Positions 47,201-56,916 of a stretch of DNA of 64,000 nucleotides are shown here, piece by piece; the first letter of the stretch is position 1, and the number at the start of each line of letters is the position of its first letter. The stretch spans positions 3,584,001 to 3,648,000 of the forward strand of contig OZ246001.1 in NCBI GenBank assembly GCA_965230295.1, written 5' to 3'. Source of the stretch: Marinicella sp. (GTDB lineage Bacteria > Pseudomonadota > Gammaproteobacteria > Xanthomonadales > Marinicellaceae). A program made the position numbers and the translations under genes. The notes beneath the pieces were generated by a model that was given only the letters and a program-made list of their open reading frames with translations, was not told the origin of the DNA and made no database searches.

Positions 47201-47328
47201 GTACCGGGTCTGAAGTGATGAGTCGAATCGCAGCACCCATGGTAGGCGGTATGATCAGTGCTTTGATTTTGACATTGATCGTTCTTCCAGTCATTTATTA
47301 CCTGACAAAAAGAATATGGATTAAATAA
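44209..47328 (+). CDS. cusA: CusA/SilA Cu(I)/Ag(I) RND efflux permease
   Basis: DAIPDLSDVQVI, GPDATGVGWV, IMSLGGIAIAIGAMIDG, DEGDLMYMPTT, TDPAPLTM.ET, RIDML (Met triad). Confidence 0.9.
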   Translation: MIEAVIKWSIKHRFLVLLATLFIIVGGLFSVKQTPVDAIPDLSDVQVIVKTSFPGQSPQVVEDQVTYPLTTAMLAVPGAKTVRGFSFFGDSYVYIIFDEDTDLYWARSRVLEYLNQAASQLPPEVKPQLGPDATGVGWVYIYALSDPTNQLDISELRSAQDWFLKYELQTVEGVSEVASLGGMVKQYQIEVNPNALRALNIPLNHVVQAIKQGSQEVGASVVEMAEAEYMINATGYIQSVDDLEHVPIGLNQNGAPLLLQDIADINIGPQMRRGLADLNGDGEVVGGIVVMRYGENAQEVIERVKTKLQVLEKSLPEGVTVTTVYDRSDLIVRAVNNLWEKLIEEFLVVIGVCLVFLFHVRSSLVAIISLPVGILAAFIVMNLQGLNANIMSLGGIAIAIGAMIDGAIVMIENMHKHMEKTELTDKNRWQVVAKSAAEVGPALFFSLLIITVSFFPVFSLEAQEGRMFSPLAFTKTYAMAAAAALAITLVPVLMGYFVRGEVRAEHKNPINRFLLNLYLPALKAALRFPKSTLVLAVLILLISAWPVQKIGTEFMPQLDEGDLMYMPTTYPGISIGEAREVLQQTDKLIATVPEVNTVFGKIGRAETATDPAPLTMIETFIQLKPKSEWRDGMTTDVLIQELDSLVNIPGLTNAWVMPIKTRIDMLATGIKTPVGIKVAGPDLDTIQAIGQDIESILTQVEGTASVYAERVSGGRYLKIDIDRLAAAKYGLNIQDAQQYISLAVGGKNIAQSVEKLERYPINLRFPQHLRNSPESILSLPLITPTGQHIALGEVADVYLEDGPPGIKSENARINGWVYVDIEDIDVGRYVELAKASLEDHLTLPPGYSITWSGQYEYMLRAKEKLSYLIPITLMIITFLLFLSFRSFLEVAIILGTLPFALVGSIWLMYGLGFNFSVSVGVGFIALSGVAVEIGVIMLNFLNKGFDTLEEALNKSNKRLTNAHLKQAVIAGSGMRVRPVMMTSLSIIVGLLPILFSDGTGSEVMSRIAAPMVGGMISALILTLIVLPVIYYLTKRIWIK

Positions 47329-47392
47329 ATTAATTGGCACAACTGATTTTCACGCGGATCATACAATTGGTAGGTTTAAATTAAGTGCATGA

Positions 47393-47668
47393 ATGATTTG
47401 GTTTGACCGGAGTATAGGTATGATTAAAGCAGAAACTCAAAATGACATGAACGAAAAAACAGGAATTAATCTCCAAAAAGCCCTGAAATCTACCATATTG
47501 ATTGTATTTCTTACGGTTGTTTTCGGGGCTTTAAGTTATGGTTTCATCCTGTTAAATGCTTCTGTACTGCAACTGTCTTTACCTGGGAGCTTGTGGTGCG
47601 GTCTGGCCATGGCGTTGGCAGTTGGTTATTATTTGCTACAAAGAAAACCTAAAGACCCCGCAGAATAA
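47393..47668 (+). CDS. Small two-TM membrane protein
   Basis: Two hydrophobic helices and a basic C-terminus; start uncertain. Confidence 0.5.
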   Translation: MIWFDRSIGMIKAETQNDMNEKTGINLQKALKSTILIVFLTVVFGALSYGFILLNASVLQLSLPGSLWCGLAMALAVGYYLLQRKPKDPAE

Positions 47669-47692
47669 TTTGGTGTTTATTTGGGTTTCAGA

Positions 47693-48325
47693 AAGGAATG
47701 TTCTTGGGGCTTCATTCTGGTTCATGGTCTGACAGGTCTTCATATTTGCTGCGCAAATAAACCGACCTTTACAGACTATTGTCTGAGCAGTTGCTTCGCA
47801 CTGCATGTCTGTTCCTAACAAAAGTGAATGCGACTGCTTACATGGATGTAAGTATGCAGCGATAGCAGGCAGGAATTGTTCCCAACAATTCTCTGCATTC
47901 ACCCCGTCCTGGGGATCGATGCGGTAGCTGCCAAGGCGAACATGACATGCTACCTCGCACGCACTGCGGCATTCAAATCGGGCTTCTTTATCTTCGATAA
48001 AACCGCCCAACTTTCATTGCCTGTGCTATAACGCCATTCACATAAGGCTTCTTGACTTCGTCAAATCGCCACATGTTCATTGGCTATTCTCTTCGCCTCT
48101 GATTGGCTTACATGGAAGTAAGTCCTCTGAGGAGGCAGGATGCCGGTATCAGAGGTGACTACATGGATGTAGGTCTGCCGCGATAGCTAGGAGTGATAGC
48201 GGCCGCTATAACAAAAGCTCACGGCTAATCAATCATTACATCAAGGCTTCTTTGCTTTGCAAAATCGCCATGATTGCATGATTTGCCTAACCGGCTCGGC
48301 GGGTCAAGCTGCTTAGCAGCTTTCC
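47693..48325 (+). repeat. Modular non-coding repeat, copy C (long, internally duplicated)
   Basis: Same end motifs as copy A; three TACATGGAwGTA hairpins (47837, 48107, 48159); three GGCTTCTT..AAWCGCC-type modules. Confidence 0.8.
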
Positions 48326-50370
48326 TTGGTCGATTGCATATTGTCAATGAATGATACCAGTTCGTCTTTAGGGAGGGGTTTTGCGATAAAAAATCCTTGC
48401 ACAAAGTGAACACCTAACTCCATGGCTTCATCAAATTGTGCTTTGGTTTCTATGCCTTCAAGAACTGTGGTGTGATTCAGGTTGTTGCTGAGATCTATGC
48501 AAGATTTCAGTAGTTTTGAACCTTCTTTAATTTGTAATTGATTGCTGAAGTCAATGTCGTATTTAACGCCGTTGATGTTGAGTTTTGCCAACATTGACAA
48601 TGCTGAAAAGCCTGAGCCAAAATCATCCAGAAAAACTTTAAGTCCACAGTCATTCAAGATTTTCAAATGCTGATTGATGGTTTGTTCTTCAAAGACCGCT
48701 TGATTTTCCAGTATTTCAATACAGAATGTGTGCTTGGCTTTGTCATGCATGTCCACTAAAAAATCAACGAAATCTCGTTCCAACAAGGACCTGGGGGAGA
48801 TGTTGATTGAAATTTCTAGCGCTGAAAACCTATTTGGCCAGTCATGTGATTGCTTAACAGCCCGTTTAACCACCCAACGATCAATGTCAGTGGACAGACC
48901 AACTTCAGATAACATATTGATGAATGTTGGTAATTGGATGTTGCCGTGCTTATCCTCCAGTCGCAGTAAGGCTTCCACTTTGGCTACCTGATTGGTTTTT
49001 AAGTCAATGATGGGCTGATAATAAAGCATCAATTTACCGTGTGATAAAGCCAACAAAAATGAATTGATTTCGTTTTCAAATTCTAAGTTTTTCATCAAAG
49101 AGCGCTGGTTGCGGTATTGCAGTGCTTGGATTTTCCTGGATTCTAAATTAAATTTATGAACAAAATCCTTAACCAGGCCTTCATCCAGATGTGAGGCTTC
49201 CAACATCTTCAAGAACTTAAGGTAAATCAAGACACCCAGCACCAAGTTTAATAATTGTAAAATGACAGCAAACCAATCTCCGCCAGTGGCCAAAAAGACA
49301 TTAATAAAAGGTGGTGTCGTCCAAGGCACAGCCACCACCACTGGAGAAACCAGACCCATGCTCATGAATAAATAGGTGTTCAAATACAGAAGGATAGGAA
49401 CAAATACAAACGGTACAAATAAAAATGGATTGAAGACTATCGGCAGGCCATAGTGAATGATTTCTGAGATGTTGAAAGTACATGGCAGCACCGATAATTT
49501 GGCAACCCGTTGATTCCTGCTTGATTTTGAAAATAACAGGATGGCTATCAACAAACACATGGCTGAACCAGCGCCACCAATGTCTGTGAAGTAATAATTG
49601 CCTGGTACATTGATGTGAGGAATGCTGTTACCTGCCACATGGGCTGCTTGATTGGCAGCAAAAGCATGAAAATACGGATCCTGCATGAAAGCAAAAACGT
49701 GTGACGGATTGACCCCAAAGAACCAAGTTAGTTTATAAATGAACTTGATGATAACTAAACCAATCAGGTTACCGGTGTCTTCAATTTCAAAATTAGCGAG
49801 GAAACCAGATTCAGACAATGTCCACCACATGGCCTCAAAAAACATCAACAGAAAAAAGACCAATACAAATGTAATCGCTGTAGGAATGATGTAGTTAAAT
49901 GTCTTGTTTAAATGAAGCGACATGAAATCTGCATTAAAAATATGCATGCTGTGTTTGGTCGTGAAATACCTGAGTGCAGTTGCCGTTAAATAACACAATG
50001 GAATGGGTATGACCTTAAAATAGGTTGATGATTTCAATTGTTGTAGAGTTTCTACTTCACCAACAACAGAAAGTGTTAACAAACTCACACAAATGATGAC
50101 CAAAGATGTCGGATCCACTTCTTTACTTTTGGCAAATGAAACTGAAAGACTGACAGTAAAAATCAGTGGGAAGAACAGATAAAAAAATTGGTAAATATTC
50201 AGAATGATATCAAGAGAAGGTGAATCTGTTATTAAAGACAAGCCTTCATAAAGCATCAGCAACAGTGTCACTGTAAGAATCATGGGGACCAAAGAAATTG
50301 AAGCATCCTGCAATGCAATGATGCTTCTGCTTTTATTTAAACGATTTAAAACAGAACTGAATTGTCCCAC
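48313..50370 (-). CDS. PTS EIIC-like (cellobiose/lactose family) membrane domain fused to an EAL phosphodiesterase domain
   Basis: WFFGVNPS, IGGAGS, FNISE.IHYGLPIVFNP, PWTTPP; YYQPI, VEALLRL, INISP, EILE, DDFGSGFS, EGIE, QGF. Confidence 0.88.
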   Translation of the reverse strand: MGQFSSVLNRLNKSRSIIALQDASISLVPMILTVTLLLMLYEGLSLITDSPSLDIILNIYQFFYLFFPLIFTVSLSVSFAKSKEVDPTSLVIICVSLLTLSVVGEVETLQQLKSSTYFKVIPIPLCYLTATALRYFTTKHSMHIFNADFMSLHLNKTFNYIIPTAITFVLVFFLLMFFEAMWWTLSESGFLANFEIEDTGNLIGLVIIKFIYKLTWFFGVNPSHVFAFMQDPYFHAFAANQAAHVAGNSIPHINVPGNYYFTDIGGAGSAMCLLIAILLFSKSSRNQRVAKLSVLPCTFNISEIIHYGLPIVFNPFLFVPFVFVPILLYLNTYLFMSMGLVSPVVVAVPWTTPPFINVFLATGGDWFAVILQLLNLVLGVLIYLKFLKMLEASHLDEGLVKDFVHKFNLESRKIQALQYRNQRSLMKNLEFENEINSFLLALSHGKLMLYYQPIIDLKTNQVAKVEALLRLEDKHGNIQLPTFINMLSEVGLSTDIDRWVVKRAVKQSHDWPNRFSALEISINISPRSLLERDFVDFLVDMHDKAKHTFCIEILENQAVFEEQTINQHLKILNDCGLKVFLDDFGSGFSALSMLAKLNINGVKYDIDFSNQLQIKEGSKLLKSCIDLSNNLNHTTVLEGIETKAQFDEAMELGVHFVQGFFIAKPLPKDELVSFIDNMQSTKESC

Positions 50371-50570
50371 AATTCTCTAATACCACACACTTTTTAACTC
50401 GGACGGATAGTCTAGCACAAATACAATAGGACAATATTGCACATATTGAACAAGTGTATCTTTTCCAAGATATACCATGATGTTGACACATCAACATGAC
50501 TTTGTGGCAATTGACAATGGGCTATTTTTCGATGTTAAATGTGATTACTTGAACTGATCTGTGAAATAAA

Positions 50571-53500
50571 ATGCCCAATAGATTTGCCAAAAAGTTTGCA
50601 AGAAGTACTGCACATGTAACCCAGTTTAATTCAGTTCTGTTACTTGTTATTGTCTTATTCATGTCATCATCCATGGCTGCAGACATTCCATATGTTAATT
50701 GGGAAAATCACCCGGTACATGCACTTGATATGTCACCCGACAAGACACGGTTGGCTGTAGCACATACAGCTGATAACCGAGTGCAGTTGTTTGATGTTTC
50801 TTTAGGGCACCCGGTAAGACTGGGGCATGTAAAGGTTGGCATTGATCCAGTTTCAGTGCGATTTAAAGACAACAACGAACTGTGGGTTGTCAATCACATT
50901 TCAGATTCTGTGTCAGTGGTTGATTTCAATCAACGAATTGTCACAGCTACTTTACAAACCGAAGATGAACCTTTTGATGTCGTGTTTGCCAACAACAAAG
51001 CCTTTGTGAGCTGTTCTCAAGTCAATAAAGTGATGGTGTTTAACAGCAACGACTTGTCCACCACACCTGATGTGATTGATTTGATGGCAGAAGATCCAAG
51101 AGCCATGACTGTTAATGCCGATGGTAGTCGAGTGTATGTGGCCAGTTTTGAGTCAGGTAACAAAACCACCATATTGTCTGGCGGCATCGATGATACTGAA
51201 GACACCTTGACGTTTCCATTCAACCCGGTGAATTCAGTGCTCACTCCTTACCAAGGTGAAAATCCACCCCCCAACGATGGCAGCAGCTTTTTCCCTGCCA
51301 TCAACCCAGAAAACCCGACAGCACCCAAAGTTTCATTGATTGTAAAACAACAGGACGATGGCCGCTGGTTGGATGACAACAATGGCGATTGGACCCAATT
51401 CATTTCTGGTTCTCAAGCCGCCGTATCTGGCCGCATCCCTGGTTGGGAATTACTGGATCATGACATTGCGGTGATTGACACCACCACCCATGATGTCAAC
51501 TATGTAACGGGGCTGATGAACTTAGGCATGGCCATTGGTTTTAATCAAGCCAACAACCAAGTGACTCTGGTGGGCACAGATGCCACCAATGAAATCAGAT
51601 TTGAACCAGTTTTGAAAGGGAAGTTCTTGAGGGTAAAAATGGGTGTGGTCAGTGAGAGTAATTTGTCAAGCCCAACAGTTCATGACCTGAACCCACATCT
51701 GGATTACATCAATTCAACTGAATCGCAAGCAACCCGTGATTTGTCTATTGGGGATCCCAGAGGTGTGGTGTGGAATCAATCTGGCTCTCTGGGCTATATC
51801 AGCGGTATGGGTTCTAACAATGTGATCGTCATCAATGCCAATGGTGATCGTGTCGGATTGATCGAAGTGGGCGAAGGTGCCACAGGATTGGCCATAGATG
51901 ATAACAATGAAAGACTTTATGTTTGGAATCATTTTGCTGCCAGTTTATCTGTTATAAACGTATCGAATAACACGGTGGTCAATACTGTCGACCTTTTCAA
52001 TCCATTACCCACCGCCATTAAGCAAGGCCGTCAGTTTTTATACAGCACGCATGAAACATCCGGTTTGGGACAACTTGCTTGTGCATCATGCCACGTGGAT
52101 GGCAGGATGGATAGATTGGCTTGGGATTTAGGTGATCCTGCAGGGGAAATGAAAATTTTTAACCAAAACTGTCAAACCACCTTAAGTCTGCTGGATTCTG
52201 CCGGCTGTTCTGATTTCCATCCTATGAAAGGCCCCATGATGACCCAAACATTCCAGGACATCATTGGCAATGAACCCTTTCATTGGCGGGGCGATCGTGA
52301 CGGTATAGAGGAATTCAATGGTGCGTTCATGGGGTTAAACGGAGATGATGTCATGCTTAATCCTACACAAATGCAACAGTTTAAAGACATGTTGTCCACC
52401 ATCACCTTTCCACCCAATCCATTTAGAAATTTAGACAACAGCCTGCCAACAAGTATTGATTTGAGTAACCATTACACTTCTGGTCGTTTTGCCCCTGCTG
52501 GCCAACCTCTGGGATCAGGCAACCCAATAAATGGTTTGGAATTGTTCAACGGAGGTTTGTTAGACAGCATTTTTCAGTGTGCCAGCTGTCACACAGTACC
52601 GACAGGAATGGCCGTCAATGGTCCACTAAAACCGGGACTGTTGAATCTTGATGTGGGTGGTGAAATCATGCCTCCCGGGCCGATGGGAGAAAATCATTTG
52701 GGAGTGGTCAGTGTTGATGGATCGACACAAAAATCAATCAAGACACCTCAATTGAGGAATTTATATGACAAAGTGGGGTTTGAAACTTCACGGCCTCAAT
52801 CCTTGGCGGGCTTTGGTTTTTTACACGATGGGGCCCTTGATTCTGTGGCACGTTTTTTAAGTGCGGGTGCCTTCAGTGTCGAATCGGATCAAGAAGTGGC
52901 AGATTTGGTGGCTTTGATGATGGCCTTTTCAGGCTCGGAATTAGAACGTGGATTGGTTCCTTTGGGTAACACAGCACCTGAGTCACAAGACACCCATGCA
53001 GGTGTTGGCAAACAATATACCATGACTCAAGCCAGCCAAATGGATGAAACACTGGATGAATTATTGGTGGTGGCTGACAGTGGCAAAGTGGATTTAATTG
53101 CCCAGCAAGGTCGTTCAAAAAGCTATATTTATGATTTGAGTAACCAGACATTCAATTCAGCAGAAAATGAAGCCATATCAACCTTGGGATTAATGTCCTT
53201 AGCTGCGGTAAATGATCCCATTACATTCAGTTTGGTGCCTGCGGGCTTAGGCAATCGGCTGGCCCACGACAGAGATGGGGACGGAATCAGTGATGACCAA
53301 GAAATTGCAAATGGTTCAGATCCTACTGATCAAATCTCGACCGGCATTAAACCTTTGGCTGGTTTATGGTACAACCCGGAAAGAAGTGGTCATGGTGTTG
53401 ATTTACAGCATGCGGGAGATAATTTATTCATTATCTGGTATACCTATAATGATGATGGGACACCAACATGGTATCTGGCTGCCGGTGAGTACAGTCCCAA

Positions 53501-54053
53501 TTGGCAAGCCCCCCTCAGTCGCTTTACTTGGGATGCATCGAGCAGAACCACCAATGGTGAAGAGGTGGGTACAGTAAATATGAATTTTTCCAATGCCACA
53601 CAAAGTACTTTTTCCTGGGACATCAATGGCCGAACAGGATCAGAATCTTTTCAATATTTTGCTTTCGCTGGTGAACCAACCATCCAACAACACACCAGTT
53701 CTTACTATGACCCCAACGACAGTGGCTGGGGAATCTCAGTTATCACTCAAGGCAACACATTGGTCAGCATCATTTTTTACTATGATGAAGCAGGTGAACC
53801 GATATGGGCACTTGGTACTGGACCAACAGACAACAGTGTAGACATGTATTCCTTTGTAGGCTTTTGTCCCGATTGTGACTTCAATGCAACAACTGCACAA
53901 TTGGTTGGCTCACAGCAATTGAATTTCATACCAGGGCGTTTGATTGATTTTGATGTCAGTTTACAAGCGCCCACATTGTCAATTAACTGGACCCTCAATG
54001 ACGTCGCTTTGAGTCCCTTGTCCAATGAGTTTTTTGACCCTGAATTACAATAA
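50571..54053 (+). CDS. Large secreted YVTN/YncE beta-propeller plus di-haem cytochrome c protein
   Basis: Signal peptide; VGIDPVSV-type propeller repeats; two CASCH motifs; PFHWRGDR, FLHDG; DRDGDGISD Ca-binding motif; two C-terminal (G)LWYNP/YYDP..SG.G domains. Confidence 0.8.
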   Translation: MPNRFAKKFARSTAHVTQFNSVLLLVIVLFMSSSMAADIPYVNWENHPVHALDMSPDKTRLAVAHTADNRVQLFDVSLGHPVRLGHVKVGIDPVSVRFKDNNELWVVNHISDSVSVVDFNQRIVTATLQTEDEPFDVVFANNKAFVSCSQVNKVMVFNSNDLSTTPDVIDLMAEDPRAMTVNADGSRVYVASFESGNKTTILSGGIDDTEDTLTFPFNPVNSVLTPYQGENPPPNDGSSFFPAINPENPTAPKVSLIVKQQDDGRWLDDNNGDWTQFISGSQAAVSGRIPGWELLDHDIAVIDTTTHDVNYVTGLMNLGMAIGFNQANNQVTLVGTDATNEIRFEPVLKGKFLRVKMGVVSESNLSSPTVHDLNPHLDYINSTESQATRDLSIGDPRGVVWNQSGSLGYISGMGSNNVIVINANGDRVGLIEVGEGATGLAIDDNNERLYVWNHFAASLSVINVSNNTVVNTVDLFNPLPTAIKQGRQFLYSTHETSGLGQLACASCHVDGRMDRLAWDLGDPAGEMKIFNQNCQTTLSLLDSAGCSDFHPMKGPMMTQTFQDIIGNEPFHWRGDRDGIEEFNGAFMGLNGDDVMLNPTQMQQFKDMLSTITFPPNPFRNLDNSLPTSIDLSNHYTSGRFAPAGQPLGSGNPINGLELFNGGLLDSIFQCASCHTVPTGMAVNGPLKPGLLNLDVGGEIMPPGPMGENHLGVVSVDGSTQKSIKTPQLRNLYDKVGFETSRPQSLAGFGFLHDGALDSVARFLSAGAFSVESDQEVADLVALMMAFSGSELERGLVPLGNTAPESQDTHAGVGKQYTMTQASQMDETLDELLVVADSGKVDLIAQQGRSKSYIYDLSNQTFNSAENEAISTLGLMSLAAVNDPITFSLVPAGLGNRLAHDRDGDGISDDQEIANGSDPTDQISTGIKPLAGLWYNPERSGHGVDLQHAGDNLFIIWYTYNDDGTPTWYLAAGEYSPNWQAPLSRFTWDASSRTTNGEEVGTVNMNFSNATQSTFSWDINGRTGSESFQYFAFAGEPTIQQHTSSYYDPNDSGWGISVITQGNTLVSIIFYYDEAGEPIWALGTGPTDNSVDMYSFVGFCPDCDFNATTAQLVGSQQLNFIPGRLIDFDVSLQAPTLSINWTLNDVALSPLSNEFFDPELQ

Positions 54054-54088
54054 TGATACCAGTCAAAATGTTCTGTTTTCGATAACCT

Positions 54089-56791
54089 CTATTCGAAATC
54101 ATCAGCGAAAATCAAGTCTGTGGTGGTTGAGATCATGATGGAAACCACTGCCGTGCTACAAGCATTGATTGGATTTTCATCATCACACGCTTCATAGCTG
54201 AACGAATCAGTTGTGTTTGCGCTCCCGTCGTGTGCGTAACTGAATGTACCATCGGCATTCAAGATCAGCATCCCATGCATAACATCAACGACCACTTGGG
54301 CAGTCAAGCTGTTGTCATCAGGATCACTGTCGTTGGCCAGAACTGAATCACTTCCAATGTCTAAAATACTGACAGTACCTCCATTCAATGTGGTGACTGC
54401 ATCATCATTGGCATTGGGGGGATCATTGACAGGGAAGACTGTAATGCTTGCTGTGGCAGTGTCGCACGCCATTTGATCATCACACAATTCATAAATGAAA
54501 CTGTCAGCTGTGGTTTCACTGCCATCATGGGTATAGCTGAAGGTGCCATTGGTGTTCAGGGTTAAATCACCATTGATCACATCGGTATCAAGAGAGACGA
54601 TTAGGTTGATGTCATTGGGGTCAGTGTCATTGAACAGCAATGAATTGGCACCTGCGGTGACTGTGGTGGTCGTTCCTCCTTCATCCACATCGATGCTGTC
54701 ATCGTTGGCTATCGGAGGGCTGTTGGTGATTTCAATGGTGATGTTCACAGTGCCATCGTCACATTTAACCGGGCTGCCATCGTCGCAAACCCGATAAACA
54801 AATTGATCGCTGGTTGCCAATGAATTGTTGTGCGAATAGCTGAAAGATCCATCGCTGTTTAAAGTCAGAGAACCATTTGTAGGACCTGAAACTGGTGTTG
54901 TGACCACAGTTAAAGTGTCATCAGGAAAATCAACATCGGTGTCGTTAGCAGTTAATAAGGAAGAACCACCATCCACTTCTGTGATGGTGTCTCCTTGCTC
55001 GCCTGACAGGGAATCATCCATTGCCACTGGGTTGTCATTACAAAAGTGTGCAAAAGCCGTTAGGTATTGGCCATCCTCACCACCGGTGGTGGTATTGCCT
55101 TGTTCTGTAGCATACTTGTTGTAAATCCAGAAGCATTCCTCATCAGGATCAACTGCAGTAGCAGAATAGTCTCCCCACCGATTGGTTCCTCCACCAAATG
55201 TACGAACATAGGATTCTTCTCCAGCTCGAATAAGTTGAGCCGGGCGCATGAAGTCTAAAGGGTCTGAAGGCGATCGATGTACAAAGTATGAACTGGGAAA
55301 AATGTTGTTGTTAGAAGCGGTGAAACCCACAGTTACACCTTCATCTTCATTGACCGCAATCGAGGCATATGAAGTGTAGGTGTTGTTGGCAATGTCTGTA
55401 TTGCCACCGATGGTATTGCCTTGCACAAAGGAGGGCGTACCATTGGTCTCAATTTGGCCCCAGAAGGCCGTGGCTTCACCTGCATCGGTTCCAGATCCGG
55501 GCAAGACTTCAGTGGTGAAGTAGATTGAGTCATTGCGCCAGACAGCATCCAGCACCCGACGATCACCTGAATCAATGTCTGTGCTGGTACCGGCTTGTGG
55601 GGCATCTGGAATGTCACCTCCCCCGGTGTTGTCAACATTACCAATGGACACCAACTGACGGGTGAAAGTGGGGTTAGCGCTCAGTGGGTTGTTGACTCGA
55701 ATTAGCTGGATGGACTCCTGGAATCCATTGGTGATGCCTGAATATCCAACCAGCCAGGTGCCCACACTGCCACCTGGGTTTCCGTAGACATGGGCTGGCA
55801 TTTGTGTCACTGCAAAACCACCAGAAATTGTGGTTTGATCAAATATACTGGCAGAGGCAGAACCACCGTTATAAAAACTTTTGTCAACAATAATCAAGCG
55901 ATTCCCGCCTGAGTTACCGGCAGTGGGGCTGCCATCCAAAAACCTGAACATATTGCCCGTGATGTATATGGCCTGATCGTCAACAGCCAATCCTGGATAA
56001 TCCAACCAATGGGGCAAACCACCAATGTTTATTTTGGTGTTGATCTCGGTCACAGTCCACGATCCATTGGGGTCGCTGTCATCAGAAACCGCCAACAACA
56101 CCAATGATGCGTCCGAAGCAGCACCGGTACCCGAATCAACACGTTCCAATGTAACCACCAACCAGCGATCTTCATACTGGTCGTAAATGACTTTCGGATC
56201 AAAGGTGAAGTTGGCAGGTGTCAAGGCGGAAAAGAAGGCTTGTAAGTCATCTGAAAAATCTTGAGTACCGTCTTTGTCATAAAATTCGATTGAAACATTG
56301 ATCACACTGACCACATGGTTGGGACCAGCAGCGCCATGTGCATCAGCCGGGATGAACAAGAAACCGCCAGTATTATTGATGTTGGTTTCTGTGCCGCCAG
56401 CTGTAATGGTGTTTTGAATGGCTCTGGTTGTGGATTCCTTTTTACTAAAATCCAGCTCATCAGTCTCCACATATTGATACTTTGGTTTATTTTTCTTGGG
56501 CGTGGGTGGTTCAGAAACCCAATATTCAGAAACATCATCAGTTTGAATCGTTCCAGATAAAGCCGTTTTCTCTATGATGGTCGTTTCAACCGCTGTGGTC
56601 GTTAACAAGGCTGCATCGTTGTTGTCATAGCTGTATTCTTCAACTTGACCAGAAACTGAATTGGTTGTTGGTTCATTGGCATAGGCAAAAACAGACTCAA
56701 CGTTCTCTGCTGATGTTAATGGCCAGGAACTCAGCAAATAGCCCATCACGAATAAAATTGTAGCGAGGGTCATCATCCAACGTAAATTCAT
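54089..56791 (-). CDS. Secreted protein with N-terminal propeller-like domain, three cadherin/Ig-like (tandem-95) repeats and a DLIFADDFE tail
   Basis: FDPKVIYD, DYPGL, RWGDYS; repeats N.PP.A.DD...ND.D.D...G.L.LN.DG.FSY.H....D.F.Y..CD. Confidence 0.8.
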   Translation of the reverse strand: MNLRWMMTLATILFVMGYLLSSWPLTSAENVESVFAYANEPTTNSVSGQVEEYSYDNNDAALLTTTAVETTIIEKTALSGTIQTDDVSEYWVSEPPTPKKNKPKYQYVETDELDFSKKESTTRAIQNTITAGGTETNINNTGGFLFIPADAHGAAGPNHVVSVINVSIEFYDKDGTQDFSDDLQAFFSALTPANFTFDPKVIYDQYEDRWLVVTLERVDSGTGAASDASLVLLAVSDDSDPNGSWTVTEINTKINIGGLPHWLDYPGLAVDDQAIYITGNMFRFLDGSPTAGNSGGNRLIIVDKSFYNGGSASASIFDQTTISGGFAVTQMPAHVYGNPGGSVGTWLVGYSGITNGFQESIQLIRVNNPLSANPTFTRQLVSIGNVDNTGGGDIPDAPQAGTSTDIDSGDRRVLDAVWRNDSIYFTTEVLPGSGTDAGEATAFWGQIETNGTPSFVQGNTIGGNTDIANNTYTSYASIAVNEDEGVTVGFTASNNNIFPSSYFVHRSPSDPLDFMRPAQLIRAGEESYVRTFGGGTNRWGDYSATAVDPDEECFWIYNKYATEQGNTTTGGEDGQYLTAFAHFCNDNPVAMDDSLSGEQGDTITEVDGGSSLLTANDTDVDFPDDTLTVVTTPVSGPTNGSLTLNSDGSFSYSHNNSLATSDQFVYRVCDDGSPVKCDDGTVNITIEITNSPPIANDDSIDVDEGGTTTTVTAGANSLLFNDTDPNDINLIVSLDTDVINGDLTLNTNGTFSYTHDGSETTADSFIYELCDDQMACDTATASITVFPVNDPPNANDDAVTTLNGGTVSILDIGSDSVLANDSDPDDNSLTAQVVVDVMHGMLILNADGTFSYAHDGSANTTDSFSYEACDDENPINACSTAVVSIMISTTTDLIFADDFE

Positions 56792-56916
56792 ATTTGTTTC
56801 CTCATTTAACTATGAACGTATGCAGAATTACTGATTCGTGTCATACATAAATCGTTTAAAATAATTGTGAATACCTTGTATAAGAAGGCATTAACACCTG
56901 GAATATTGCAGTTATT

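Noticed and set aside
46806-47294. Long antisense ORFs opposite RND and other genes (e.g. 162 aa here, 147 aa at 12156, 154 aa alternate frame at 58842)
   Set aside because: Shadow ORFs expected from codon bias of the real genes; no independent motifs
47693-48325. Possible CRISPR array
   Set aside because: Repeated modules are degenerate and irregularly spaced, with no constant repeat-spacer period and no cas genes
40968-48325. Cus-like cluster as a mobile island
   Set aside because: No integrase, transposase, tRNA or flanking direct repeats seen; composition not obviously different
47636-48413. ORF-track entries 47636-48010 and 48225-48413
   Set aside because: Read through repeat copy C or overlap the EAL gene; not transposase-like
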